NCBI GenBank assembly: GCA_002633005.1
Contig: NMRA01000091.1
Coordinates: 603,267 to 667,266, forward strand
Reading direction: 5' to 3'
From: Phoronis australis
Lineage: Eukaryota > Animalia > Phoronida
DNA: 64,000 nucleotides
The translations under genes and the position numbers were made by a program. The notes under the pieces were generated by a model. The model did not search any database and had not been told where the DNA came from. It was given only the letters and a program-made list of their open reading frames with translations. Position 1 is the stretch's first letter; every line of letters starts with the position of its first letter. This document shows positions 11,651-24,806 of this stretch, piece by piece.

Positions 11651-14600
11651 ATGTCCGTTAAGCAGGCAAGTATCCCAGAGCCTTTACAAGGGACTTTTTG
11701 TCACACTGCCATACAGACCGAGCTTTAGCGCGCCTAAAACTGTTTCCTATGTCGCGCAGCTGGTGCAATAGCCAATAATATGCAAACGTCATTGCCCAAC
11801 CGACGCGAAGCCTATACAGGGTCGGTGGACCAACTAGGCAATGCGTAGCCCCTTCGTCTGTGATCGAGGATAATGTGCTACCCATCATGCTGTCTAGCAC
11901 ACACATTTCACCTCCATGGCCATGAACATGTATTTTAACCGGGTAGACAGTGTCAGTGACCTGGTGAGTGACCACCGTCTCTGCTGGCGCAGATAGTAGA
12001 TACGGCATATGGAGCTCCTGTAGAAGCTACACTAGTCAGCTAGAGATGGTAGTCACTGTCATAAACGGGGTATCGAGATACCTTCTGGATGCAGGTTGTA
12101 AGCTTGTAACACCTGGCCTTGCTACGGCACTAGGCATTGAGGTATCACATCAGGCAGGCTATGTATGCAGTCCCAAGTATTCAAAGTGGTGGTAGTTCAG
12201 TTCCGGCTACCAAGTAGTCGAAGTAAGAAGTTATCACTGATAAGCATAAGTACCGTCACACGAGTTAGGACTGGGAATATACCTAATTAACTTCCTCAAA
12301 ATGGTAGGCAGCATGGTAAGCTCAACTCAAAGGAAACTCGGCAGAATATCATGGACATGACATGTTCAAATTACTTGTCTTCAGTGTTGGTATTATTTAA
12401 CTCATTACATGTACATTTATGCCTCATTCAACGTTATTTGCTGCATTTTGAAATAAGTAACTTTTAATGGGGAAGTACTACCTCCCAGCCTGGTCGCGCC
12501 ACACTAGAGGTGTTGCATCTGCCTAAATTCAATTAAGACGTTTTCACCACGTCAAAATACATTTCACGCTTAAAAATGCCCCCTACAAAAGAGCTTACTT
12601 TCTTCAGCGACCTTTTCTGGTTCTGTGCATACCCTCGATAAAACAGTTCCATGGGAATTAAGATGGAGTTCATGAAGAATTCCAACTCCACTGTTTGGTT
12701 GCAATGAACTTTTTCATCCCGGGCGATAAGCACTGATAAGCTTTAGGGACATCGCACATGACAAGAGAATATATCTAACTTTCTGGCAAGAACATAGGAC
12801 GGAATTTTGTGGATCTTCATATTCAAATTCTGTTAAGTTAATTTTCTTCAGGGTCTCATGGTATGACTCGTTGCGCTGCTTCGTTTGATGTTATTCGTTG
12901 CATTTTGCAATAAATAATTGCTAAGTTCTAGCGCCTGTGCTTGGCAAACTCACTGCAGATACTTCAAAGAAACTGTATGCCAAGTCTAATTTAACTTTGT
13001 TTTATTTCCTCAGGTTGCAGAATTCAAGGAGAAGAGTAAACAAGAGGTGATATTCATTGATTGTGTTCTGAGGTGGCAATACTGCTTTATTTTTCGTTGA
13101 CTTGGATTCATATTTTTAACACATAATATTGTGACGCAGCATTTTTATGATGGTACAGAATGAATGAGTTTGTGTCCCACCTGTAGGGGGTTGTTGATAA
13201 GGATTGATTCCTGCTCATCACCCTCACACCTCTTCCAAGTCCAGGGGTCCATTTCACAAAAAGATACTTGAGACTTAAAATGCGTTTTGACCTATAGACA
13301 GAAATAATTAACAATGACTCCTTTCCAGCTCTCAACAAAACAAAATTTTGTAACCTCGCCAACCCTCAGAGGTTTGGACCAAGTTTGAAACTCTTAAGAA
13401 TGTCTCCTAAATGGGAAAGGGTGACCTGTGTTTTTGGATGAATAACACGAAAACTGTTGGGAAAGAATGTCCATCAAAAACGTACCCATCCTTTAACATT
13501 GTTAGTGTTCTTCATTGAATCATGCTTTTGTCACTCAAAAAGTATAGCAAGGAGTAAGGGGACCCATTGAGGATTGGTTGAAATCACCAAAACAGGGTTT
13601 AGCATCCAGAAATTTTGGTTCTATGTTCCACACAATTATTTCTGAATGGTAATCTAATCTCACTTTGAATACAAAATGTCCGAGCATATAGCCGAAACTG
13701 CTAGTTAGTGAGACAATTTGTATCAGTTATGTCTGTGATGTGCCAATGAATTCGCGCGTAAACTTTTGTACAGTAATTGTAAAGTGGGAGTGCAATATCA
13801 AATTCCTTAATTAAGTCTTAAGTCACTTTTCTTGGATCCTTACTTAAGTCCTAAGTCACTTTTCTTGAAACAGACTCATGGGGTTAGCTTCGTGAAAAGT
13901 TACTGAAGATTTAAAAGACTTAGTCAGAAATTTCGTCTTGTATTTCTCACAACTGCTTCTTTTGAAAAAAATAAGTTAATCTCACCTCGGCAAAGTAGAA
14001 GGTCTCGCAAAGTATTCCCATGATTGTTGGTTTTTTTTAGAATAATTTCCATGGATTCTTTCTAAAATGTGATGTGCTAACAATTGCGTGGCAAAAATTT
14101 TATTCAGTGATCGTAAAATGTGAGCATAAATCTAAATTTGCGACTTAATAAGTCTGATGTTAGTTTTTAGAAATAACAGACTCTAGAAATGTTAACTCAG
14201 AATCAATCGTCACTATTGGAAACGCCAGAGTTACCATGAATAATCATTCTTCTTGAAGCAAAACATAACGTGATACAGTATCACTTAATGCATGCAAAAC
14301 ACATCATTCTTTTGACGAAAGTTGTTTCAATTTGTGGGTTTCACCATTTGAGAGCATTCAGTACTTTGAAGGAGTTTAAGTGTTTAAAGTCTGTATTGCC
14401 TGTTTTAGGCTGAGCGCATTGTATCAGAGATCTTCCCAAAGAAAGTGTTGGAACTGGATGACTTACTCAAGGCAAGTTGCTGTCAGAGTTTCCACTCACT
14501 TTAAAGCAGATCGCTTTTGTCTAGCTTATCGAATACCTTATGTGAGTTTGTATGATTGTGTGGGTGGATGGGTGTCTGTATATGAGTAGAGCTGCTTAAC

Positions 14601-17600
14601 CACAATGAGGCATTTGCCTATTTGTAAAACACTAGAATAAAATCAAGAAGCAATTTCTAAAAGCTTGAGTGAATCTTCACAGGGCTCGACATAACGAGCT
14701 GCAGGTCAAAATTCGACATGAAGTTTGGAAATGCGAGCTGAGATTTTTGTCAGCTCGTATCAAGTCGCTAAATGGGACCTGGAATTTCCAACGTATGCGA
14801 GCTGAGTTTTTACACTTCTCGGAAGAAACGTGCCTCCCGTTCAGTAACACTAGGACCTCTCTAAAAAGTAAGACTTTGCGAGTTTACGTGAGATATTGCC
14901 GTGCATTTTAAATTAGAACGCGTGACTTTGACTAGGTTTTAACTAGGTCCTAGCGTAGGTCCTAGTGTCTACTGAACGCACGCCTGGCAAATGTAAAGCA
15001 ACTCTTGTTAATCCGACCATTATTTGGTTGTTTCCAAATCCAAATTCAAAAGAACGCCAACCGAGAACAGCCCTCCCGATGACTTGTACATGTCAGCAAG
15101 TCGCATGAACATGGGATATGCAGAATCGATCTTTGACGCGTTTCATGTGCTAACACTTTCGGCAAGTTTTGCAAGTTTCCGGATTCGGGCCGGAAAGTTT
15201 CGGGCCACTGCATAAAACGTGATAAAATGTCACAACACGGCGGTGTTTCCACTAATTCTTAAGCGATCAACTTATCAAACTTTGTGGTGGACAAATATGT
15301 TTATTTTTTGCGTAAGATGCCCTTATTACATGTACCAAATATCCACGACAACATCCCTGATATTGCCGGCACTGCGGCACTGTTCGGTCCCGTTGTTAGC
15401 GCGCAAGCGGTCCCGGCAGAAAATCGTGACTTAGAGACGTGCGTCTCGTTTTTTATTGCCTATGACAGCCTAAGTCAGGGGCGGATCCAGGATTTTTATT
15501 TAGGGGGGAGGCCAGGGCAGAGTATTAGCCAGGATTTTGCCCGTCAGAAGGCGCACCTCCGAACTGCCAAATGGAATCTGGGAGAGTTTTAGGGGGGACA
15601 TGGCCCCCCNNNNNNNNNNNNNNNNNNNNNNNNNNNNNNNNNNNNNNNNNNNNNNNNNNNNNNNNNNNNNNNNNNNNNNNNNNNNNNNNNNNNNNNNNNN
15701 NNNNNNNNNNNNNNNNNNNNNNNNNNNNNNNNNNNNNNNNNNNNNNNNNNNNNNNNNNNNNNNNNNNNNNNNNNNNNNNNNNNNNNNNNNNNNNNNNNNN
15801 NNNNNNNNNNNNNNNNNNNNNNNNNNNNNNNNNNNNNNNNNNNNNNNNNNNNNNNNNNNNNNNNNNNNNNNNNNNNNNNNNNNNNNNNNNNNNNNNNNNN
15901 NNNNNNNNNNNNNNNNNNNNNNNNNNNNNNNNNNNNNNNNNNNNNNNNNNNNNNNNNNNNNNNNNNNNNNNNNNNNNNNNNNNNNNNNNNNNNNNNNNNN
16001 NNNNNNNNNNNNNNNNNNNNNNNNNNNNNNNNNNNNNNNNNNNNNNNNNNNNNNNNNNNNNNNNNNNNNNNNNNNNNNNNNNNNNNNNNNNNNNNNNNNN
16101 NNNNNNNNNNNNNNNNNNNNNNNNNNNNNNNNNNNNNNNNNNNNNNNNNNNNNNNNNNNNNNNNNNNNNNNNNNNNNNNNNNNNNNNNNNNNNNNNNNNN
16201 NNNNNNNNNNNNNNNNNNNNNNNNNNNNNNNNNNNNNNNNNNNNNNNNNNNNNNNNNNNNNNNNNNNNNNNNNNNNNNNNNNNNNNNNNNNNNNNNNNNN
16301 NNNNNNNNNNNNNNNNNNNNNNNNNNNNNNNNNNNNNNNNNNNNNNNNNNNNNNNNNNNNNNNNNNNNNAAAAAATCGATTTTGGAGCGTAAAAATGGCG
16401 GGAAATTTTTGCGACCTGGCATTTATGAATGCGAGCTGGATTTTGAAAATACGACCTGGGATTTTGGCTAGGTCGCAAAATGCGATCTGGCGATTTGAAT
16501 AGCGTCGAGCCCTGCTTCACTAATCTATTTATCATGATCTAATTAATAATTAAAGGAATTAGGAATGGACGTAACTCCCTGTTAAGATATTCACATATGC
16601 AAGACATAGCCACCTGCACCTATTGACGCTCTGATGGACCTGCGTTTACCGATTTGCATAATGGTCACTTAAAAGTACAAAAATTGAAGAAACACGCTTT
16701 ATGACAATTTCAGATATTGAAGTATAAGCCGAAATTGGCATATCTACTGTCAACAATGTGGTTAGAAACAGTATCATGGTACTGCCTTTAAATTCCAGCC
16801 CTGATCCTGTAATACCGATCCAGGGACCAGCAGACACTCAACTGATGGTACTTCAATTAATGCTAGAACCCACTGTTAACTTCTTTTTTACTGCATGTAT
16901 GTATGATGGACCTGTGAAAAGACCAGGTTGTCCAAAAGTTAGTAGACTGACATGGGAACTCGGCTCTCCTCTGCCTGCTGTTGACTCTTAAAATGATAGG
17001 TGTTGGTATTTTTCAAGAAGCAAGGTGGTTGTGGCGTGTACTGTAAAATCTCACATTATGACGGACACCGAACACGTGAAACTTTCATTTTCTTATTTTT
17101 TTCATAAAAGGTATGCAGCATCATATTAAGGCTTTCCCATGTTCGAGGTCCGTACAGTAGCTGCCATTAGAAAATATTTTGAAAATTTGTGATCCTCTGC
17201 AACAGAGTTAGAAGACCTTGAAAAATGATTAAAAGGGTGTGTTTGTCTGAAATTGATGACGCTTTACTGTATATCACTATTCTTTTGACATGAGGTTAAG
17301 TCTGCAAGGAGGATATCGTAGTCAACTGAGCAGTAGTTTTCAGAAGGAAGTCCCAAATAGTCAGCTCATCCGATAACTGACTATTAATGTTTTAGACCAG
17401 TGATTTTACTCAATTCTGTAATGGTATGCAATTAATTTGCTTGTGATTTTCCTTCATAGATTGTGTGCCACTAATTCAAAATACCAGATGATGTGACATT
17501 ACCTAAGCCTTCCCTTAGTGGTCTTGTTTTGTGTTTATTCGTTACTCATTTGAAGTTTGCTGTGCTGTTTTGTAAGTACGGTCTAGATTTGTATTTGTCC

Positions 17601-20600
17601 CGCTGCTTTTGTTGATGTGGTATTTCTCTTACTGTTTTGCAGACGGAGCCTTTCAACATCAAACGTATATCAGGTATAGGGGCTGATCTGAATATACCTG
17701 TCCCAGATCCAATATGTTTAACTCCAGATGGTGTAAGTAACTCAGGCTGTACTGTGACTTTTTGATGGCGGGGTTTAGGTGGATGTTATAAAGTGGAACT
17801 TGCTCGCTAATTCATTATCTCTGTGATTGCTTGGTTAAATTAGTTATAAACACATGTAGCAACGATGTGAATATTTATGAAGTAGGTTGAAAATTGACAA
17901 GTGTTTTTAAGAACGAGTTTTGTGGCGAAAATGATCCGGCGCAAGTCACTGAACCATGTCCAGTAAGTATCATGACGCGATGCTGGGGAATAACACAGCG
18001 TGATGTGGGCGATGTAAGCCCACGAGGTACGTCATTAGGGCAAAGGTCACGTATTTGCAGTATTTTTTGTTTTCTTATTTTAATTACAAGTTGTCAATCA
18101 ATACAACTGCACTTTGTTTATTGTAGATCCTGTTAAAATAGTATTGTTGTTTAGCTCCTGCTATACATTAGCTTAGTTATAGCATGCAAATACACCATTA
18201 CACATGAAATGCCAGGGGTTCAATGCAACACCTATAAGATGTGTAATACTGGCCTAATTCTCCTAAGTGCTGTTAGTTTCTAAAAAGTTCACTTTTGCAT
18301 GATGGACTACAATCTATAAATAGGACTTGTATGAAAGAATTGAAAATTGTATAAAGTGAAAACAGAATGATAATTTAAGAAAGTAACAGCACTTTTGGTA
18401 TTTCATCATGAGCATCTGTGTCCCATGAAATTTAGGCGTGTTATTGATTCCGTTGTTTTGCTGTGGATGTACTTTTTATTTTTAGTTAAATTTTGCTAGA
18501 AAGACACCGTTACTTGACTATTAATGGTAAATTGGTTTGAAATTGAAAGTTTAATTCTTACTACAAGCTTTCTACTTTCAGAAAATATATACTTCAGTCT
18601 ACTGAGATAATTTCAAAACTTTTGTAGATATTTGCCTAAATGCGCGGACTTGTTAAGGTCCTGCACAACCTCAATGAAACGGGCTGAGGGGAAAATGGGC
18701 CTTGATTGCAACACTGTGTATGGGGTTCTTACTCAGAGTGTAAAAATTTTTTTCCCAAGTTTATTCGTTTCCCACTCGATTATTTGCTCTTCGTATCAAG
18801 TTTCATCTGACAGAACGTATTGAGAACCAACTGTTTGTTTGACAGCACCCATAGTTGCATTTGTAATTTAGTTCTAGATACTAGTCATGTTGGCTAAAAG
18901 CAATAGACCGTTATGAGATGAGAAACAAATTGGATTTTTGTCCCATCACCCTTGGCGTCATGGTGCTAACATGTAGCCATACTGCACAGCGGGAATTTGC
19001 CTGAGGTTTTTCAGGCCTCCTGCTTGTTTTTCCCATGCGTGGCGCTATACACCATGTGCAAACTTATACAACAAGATTGAAGTTCGTCCCTTGTTCTGCT
19101 GGTGTTTTATTGATAGTAAAATAGACATTGGGTATTGTAACATTAAAGTATTTAAAGGTTAAAATAAGCATTTTATATATTAATTTTGTGTTTTCAAGTT
19201 TTTCTTGTGAATCGAACCAGCCTGAATTTATTAGAGGATTGTTCAGATGGAATGCAGTATATTCTTAATGTATGCCTCTATAACTTGTTTGCAGCCTCAA
19301 TCGAAGAAGCGAAAGCTGGAAGCTGTAGCCAATAACCTCAGTCTAGACATACCAGGTAAAACTGCTCATACATTCCATGCTCTAGTCTTCATAACTTCGC
19401 CTGTTTCTCAACAGGCATTCACAAGAGCTGCAGTTCTAAAGAACTTCATCTCTGTGAGCGAGTTTCAGTGTCTCGCGATATTCTTCCTTTCATGTTCGAA
19501 GTAAAACAACATTTCAGAAAAGCGTCTTTAATGTACGATATTTTCAAAATAAACTAAAAAAACTTCGTTTGAACTCGGATTCTTCTAATCTTTCATGAAC
19601 GTATTGTTAGAGATATTTGTTCACCTTTTATCGCTACAAAAAAATATTTGCCAAGCTTTAAAGTCAGAGCTAAATGTTCAGTTGCACCCAAATGCTAATT
19701 GTTTATTCATGAAAGTACGTACACAAAGTATGTGGAGTAGCACCTGTCGAGATACAGCCACAATTGAAATGGGTTCTAGTAGTTGAAAAGAAATGGAGAC
19801 TTTGTCGAGGTTTAGTGTGTTGAAGCTTTGTCAAATTTCAACATGTCCACTTTATTTCGAAAACTACTGTGGACTGCAGGTTGGCATATACGCGTGTTGT
19901 CACTGACAATGGGCTGCACATGTATAACATCACGATTGCGTAAATGGAAAGTGTAACTGCTCAATATTGACCTATCGCTAGCTCTTTCCTCATGTGAAAT
20001 GTCGACAAACAAACAACAAGGTTTACACGGTAACATGTTGTTTGTCGGGTAAAATGGTGTCTTGGATACGAAGGTGTGTTAAGATTGCTGCGTTCTAATT
20101 GGTCAGTTAAGCTGTCACTCAAAAAATCTTGTCGATAGTTCAATTACAAGAACGCTCTTCTCGTTTCATCTATAGGCTCCAAAGTAATGGTTCTTCCAAA
20201 TGGTTCATGTCCATCCAACAAACACATCTTGGAATTAATAGATACACTCAAGCCCCAAATTGTGGAGTTAATGGAACATGCCAACAAGGTGAGTCTAGAA
20301 ATATTCACTTTATGCATTAAGTAATTACTCTATTTTGAGGACATCTACTCATCCCAGGTGCGATGTAACAGTAAACTTAGTGCATGAACTTATGCAAACC
20401 AGGTAACACAGTTTATTGTATCGCAATAATGTTGCTCAAGTTTGGTTAAACTTTTGTGTGCTTAAAAAATTATGCAGGCACAATTTGCCTCCACAGAGTC
20501 ATTAGTTACTTGACAAATGATTTTGTCTTAAAAATATTGACTTGATTTCAAGCGAATATAACCTGTTGAAGTGGTTTTTCCATATCCAGTCAGAATCAAC

Positions 20601-23600
20601 CTGGTTTCAAGTAAAAATAGCCTGCTGAATTATTTTTCTGTTTCCAGATTAAAATGTGGATCAGCTACCTCATACCCAGGATAGAGGACGGCAATAACTT
20701 TGGTGTGTCTATACAAGTGAGTTTTTTCTATCTTCAATTTCCTCCAGAATGAAGGTGGTGTGCTTCAAATTTTGCTTCAAAAATTAAAGCGACATTCTCT
20801 GTGAGCAAAATATTTTTACACAAATTAACAGGAGTGCAGAATCTAACCCACTACCTTGGTAATAGCAGCCGAATGTTCTGCCACTGAGCCAAATCCCATG
20901 CATAGAAAAGCTAGTATTTGAAGTGTTGGGACACCATACTTGATTTTCAGCGAATGCTGTGCATCAAACTAAGGATTTTTAATAAAACCTAAAAAAATAA
21001 TGGATTTTGTTGTTTTAAAGCTGTGATCAAATCTAATAACTTCAAGAAGTCTGTCTACTGTGAGGAACACTTGTTGTTGCTCTCTGAAAAGTATCCCTTT
21101 TAGTTGTTTCTCATGCAATCTGAATTCCTTTAGTATACAACCAGAAGGTGTGAAGTCTNACAGGCTACTTTAATTTTTGACAACATTGGACAAGACAACT
21201 AGTTCTTGTCTGTCAATCATCTAAGTTCTTAACAGGTCCTCCTGGAGGCAATTTGTTTGCAAGTGCTGGATTTTATGTTTTAACCTATTAAAAATAATTA
21301 AAAAATTATGGGTCATGGGTTGGAGAAATAAATGAAAAATATGGGCGGTGGGTACGAAATAAAAGTGCCTTCCCCCCCCTCCCATACAGATTTTGCTGGA
21401 ACAGCCCTAAAGATTTTTAATAAAACCTAAAAAAATAATGGATTTTGTTGTTTTAAAGCTGTGATCAAATCTAATAACTTCAAGAAGTCTGTCTACTGTG
21501 AGGAACACTTGTTGTTGCTCTCTGAAAAGTATCCCTTTTAGTTGTTTCTCATGCAATCTGAATTCCTTTAGTATACAACCAGAAGGTGTGAAGTCTGCGT
21601 AGAAAATCTGCTCAATTTCATGAAATAATTACTGGCTATGTTCTCTTCTTGTATGTTGCCGAATATTGTCTTACTTTTGTTCAGTTCCTGCTGTCTAGTT
21701 TACAGCTGATCTCTTGCTCTGTCCACTTGAGTCAAACCCGAGTACTTTGCAGCTAGTTTGCTTCTATTTTTTTCATCAAATTTCACATTGATTAGAAGGA
21801 AGCAAGACACCTAAAAGATTTCCATCGCACTTCATTTCAGGAAGATACTTTAGCTGAAGCACGCCAGGTTGAAAGTGAGGCTGCCACATTTGTGGAACAA
21901 ATTTCACGCTACTTCCTGCTCAGAGGCAAGCTGGTCTCCAAAGTCGCCAAATATCCCCATGTGGTGTGTAAGACAGGAAACTGCTGTTCACAACTAAAGT
22001 TTTATCACAACTTTTCTTGAACGTGGAAAATGTATATACTGATGTGTTGTGATAACTTTTCAGGGCTTGGAACAATCTGACAGTTTGTTATTGCTTGACA
22101 CCATGCTCAACTCACAAAATGACCTGCTGTGATGAGCCATTAAGTTGTAGAGCCTGGTACTAAGCAACAGCAAATTGTCATCTCTTTCCAAGCCAAGAAA
22201 TAACACCTAATTTGGCTAACGAACAATTTAAATTGGAACTTGCATGCTAATTCCTTATCTCTGTGATTGCTTGGTAAATTTAGTTAGAAACACAACATAT
22301 AGGGACGATTTGAATATGAAGTGGGTTGAAAATTGCCAAAAATTTTTAAGAACGAGTTTTCTGACAAAAGTATTCTGCCGCAAATCACTCAATTGTGTCC
22401 AGTTAGTATCGTGACGTGGTGTTGGGGAATAACACTGCATGATGTGGGTTATGTGAGCCCCCAAGTGCAAAGGTCACCTATTTGCAGAATTTCTTGTTTT
22501 CACATTAAAGTTTTCAATGAATGCAACTGCAGTTTGTTTAGCACAGATGATGTTCAAATGCATTGTCGTTTAGGGGGTTTATTTTCCCTGTAACTTCATT
22601 TATATTTTCAATTTTAATTACTAATTAATAGAAGCCAAAAGTACTCCTACAAAATGAGCTACAATTCCCTATCGTGATAAATTGACCCACAATGCCCTGT
22701 CACGACAACTGGTCAGAAGCCAAATTCGCTGTCATAGTAGTCTAACCTCATGACCGAGAATGAAGGGTAGTAACTGTTATAATAACAAGTAAATTAGTAA
22801 GGTGACCAAGCCATTCTGTAATTAGAATTTTTCTTCCCTGATGGTTATTACCGGTAGTTTTTGCTGTTAACAGAATGCCATCATGATGAGGAAATGGTAT
22901 TTTGTCCAGTTTGTTTTGTACGGTGTAAAATTTGTTTTGAAGTATTTCCTTTTTTGCTGAATTGGTAAATGTTACTGGTCATAGGTATTCCAACTGTTTC
23001 ATAATCAATATAAACCTTGTAGTAGAGAAAGTGATTTGTCACATTTACGGTCAGCCTTATTTGATTTAAGTCCTATGTGTTTTCCAAATGCAGGACGACT
23101 ATCGACGGGCTGTTCAAGAGCTTGATGAGAAGGAGTTCATCACACTTCGCCTTACCTGCTGTGAACTAAGGAATCAATATGTAAGTTCATAAATAAATAA
23201 AATAGATGCTGGAATGCCGTGCAGTTACCGACGAATAGGAATATAAAATAGTAAAGGTAAAATGACGAGCGTTGGTACTAAAATTTATTAAAATATTCCA
23301 CACCTTTCAAGCGGTAAGGGCATGGCACAGGCTCTGGGTCAGAGTGATACATACATATGGTGGCTAATCCCATGCTATAAACCTTTTTTGAGATAAAAGT
23401 TACACAGCCTACAAGTTGTGCTCAGCATCTGTCGACTCGTGTAGAAGTCATTGATTCGCGTGCTGGGCAGTCATTGGTATTCTGGTCTAATTTTATGAAA
23501 AAATCCCCTTCAATATTACTGGATCAGCTATTCCAAGGGGTAGTAGCAGGGTATTTAAAAGATGTTTGTCCAAAATATTTCATCCGAGGAGTTACAGAGA

Positions 23601-24806
23601 ACTTGAGCTTCTACGAGTGCATTAATAATGTACATCTCTTGTGTGCTTAATATCAGTTGAAAGGTTAAGGGTCATAAGAAACATTGAACATGTGGCTGAG
23701 TTTATGTTCCACATGGTGATCGATTGGGAGAAGTCTAACCTGTGCAAACTGGGCTCTGCCAATGTGAGAGCACGGTCTGAGGCCATGGATGAAACAAATG
23801 GTTTTAATTTTGAGTTATTTGCAATTGTGCCTAAATTTGCGCCAAGCTGTATATGTGCTTCTAAGAAGAAAATGACCGCTCCTATCCAGTTTTAGATGGA
23901 TCTGGCCTTTTTGCACCCCTAGTGGCCATTTTTATTATTTTCAAGACTGCTTTTGGCATCTGCCTCCGTATCCACAAAACGCTTGAAGAATCGTTTGAAA
24001 GCTGGCAAATCTGCTCCGTACTAGGTGAACATGGCACCTTGAGACTGTTCTAATATACCGCCTTTCGTTTTCTTTGCGTATGTCTCAATAACTATAAGTT
24101 CTGTGACAGAGCTGGCTGGCACTGGTTTTTGGATGGATCCGACTACTGTGGAGCACCCTGGTGACAAATTGTCGCTGTGTCTGCTTTGATATCTTTAGTT
24201 TGTCTTTGGATCTTTATGAAGTTCATCCTATGTCCTTCTAATAAGGAGAGCCTACACAACTGATGTTGATTTTTGGATAAATCCAACTCTACGAAAATAG
24301 TTTTTAAAAATTAGCACCCCTTATGTCTTTAGCGTTTCCGTGCACATGGTAATCGTATATCAGTGCTCTCTGCTGCTCTTGCTATATAGTACAATTATAG
24401 TTTATGACATCACCTAAGTCAACAAAAAATGCCTCCCAAAATGGCCTCAAAAGTGGTTTTATAAACCCTAGATGAGAAGTGCATCTATGCGAAAACTCTA
24501 TAAGTTATGCTTAGGTTTACCTCAATGGTTTTTGTGGAGAATTTGGTTGTCTGAATTCGATCACGTCTGCTGCGCGTTTGAGATAATGCGAACTTAGGAT
24601 TCCGGTTTAACGTTGACTAACACCGTTTGTGTGGTGTTGCTGCTTTACCTGCCTTAAGATTGACATTGGGAATGGGTTCAGATTTCACCATCTACAATGT
24701 CTTTCAATTCTTCATCTTTCAGGCTGGTCTCCATGATGTAGTTACAAAAAATCTTGAAAAGATCCGCAAGCCGCGAACAGTCAACGGTCATGACTCCATG
24801 TACTAA
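11651..24806 (+). CDS. PSME3: Proteasome activator complex subunit 3 (PA28-gamma/REG-gamma), 245 aa; exons 11651-11665, 13014-13046, 14409-14471, 17643-17732, 19295-19355, 20176-20288, 20648-20716, 21841-21963, 23094-23180, 24723-24806
   Basis: Manual translation gives FPKKVLELDDLLK, LNIPVPDP, NLS KKRKL, activation loop IPRIEDGNNFGVSIQE, KYPHVDDYRR, ELRNQY and C-terminal KIRKPR..DSMY*. Phases sum to 738 nt. Introns 1 and 3 have AG|GCAAGT donors. Largely missed by the ORF track because the exons are short; exon 1 is the least certain. Confidence 0.93.
14833..14983 (-). mobile_element. 151-bp Harbinger-type MITE nested in the hAT-like element
   Basis: Inverted ends CGTTCAGTAACACTAGGACC / GGTCCTAGTGTCTACTGAACG. 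Copy 1 of the host element shows the empty site (AGATAC-CTG-GCAAAT on the minus strand near 1695-1705), implying a CTG target duplication. Confidence 0.8.
15476..15609 (-). mobile_element. CAGGGGCGGATCCAGG-family short element running into the gap
   Basis: Reverse-complement homolog of 30211-30381 and 30667-30818. Confidence 0.75.
15610..16369. other. Assembly gap (760 N)
   Basis: Run of n. Confidence 1.
17789..18155 (+). repeat. About 350-bp interspersed repeat, copy A (PSME3 intron 4)
   Basis: Shares TGGAACTTGC...TTATCTCTGTGATTGCTTGG...TTTTAAGAACGAGTTT...GATGTGGG...AAAGGTCAC with 22228-22573. Confidence 0.75.
20969..21596 (+). repeat. Near-identical 190-bp direct duplication (20969-21158 and 21407-21596) separated by an n and a TE end
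   Basis: Copies differ at only about one base by eye. First copy ends exactly at n (21159); second is preceded by ...TTTTGCTGGAACAGCCCTA. Confidence 0.9.
22228..22573 (+). repeat. About 350-bp interspersed repeat, copy B (PSME3 intron 8)
   Basis: Homologous to 17789-18155; begins at TTAA, suggesting a TTAA-specific DNA element end. Confidence 0.75.

Larger units (their letters stand above)
14680..16514 (-). mobile_element. Non-autonomous hAT-like (hAT5-type) element, copy 2, in PSME3 intron 3; carries nested MITEs and spans the assembly gap
   Basis: TIR CAGGGCTCGAC...GTCGAGCCCTG, flanked by 5-bp direct repeat CTTCA (14675-14679 and 16515-16519). Homologous to 544-1861. Confidence 0.82.

Noticed and set aside
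15525-16535. Four long ORFs of 270-336 aa in the ORF track
   Set aside because: They read through the 760-N gap; the flanks are transposon sequence.
22883-22962. C/D-box snoRNA candidate in PSME3 intron 8 (ATGATGA...CTGA)
   Set aside because: Weak terminal stem, no C'/D' boxes and no recognisable rRNA guide.
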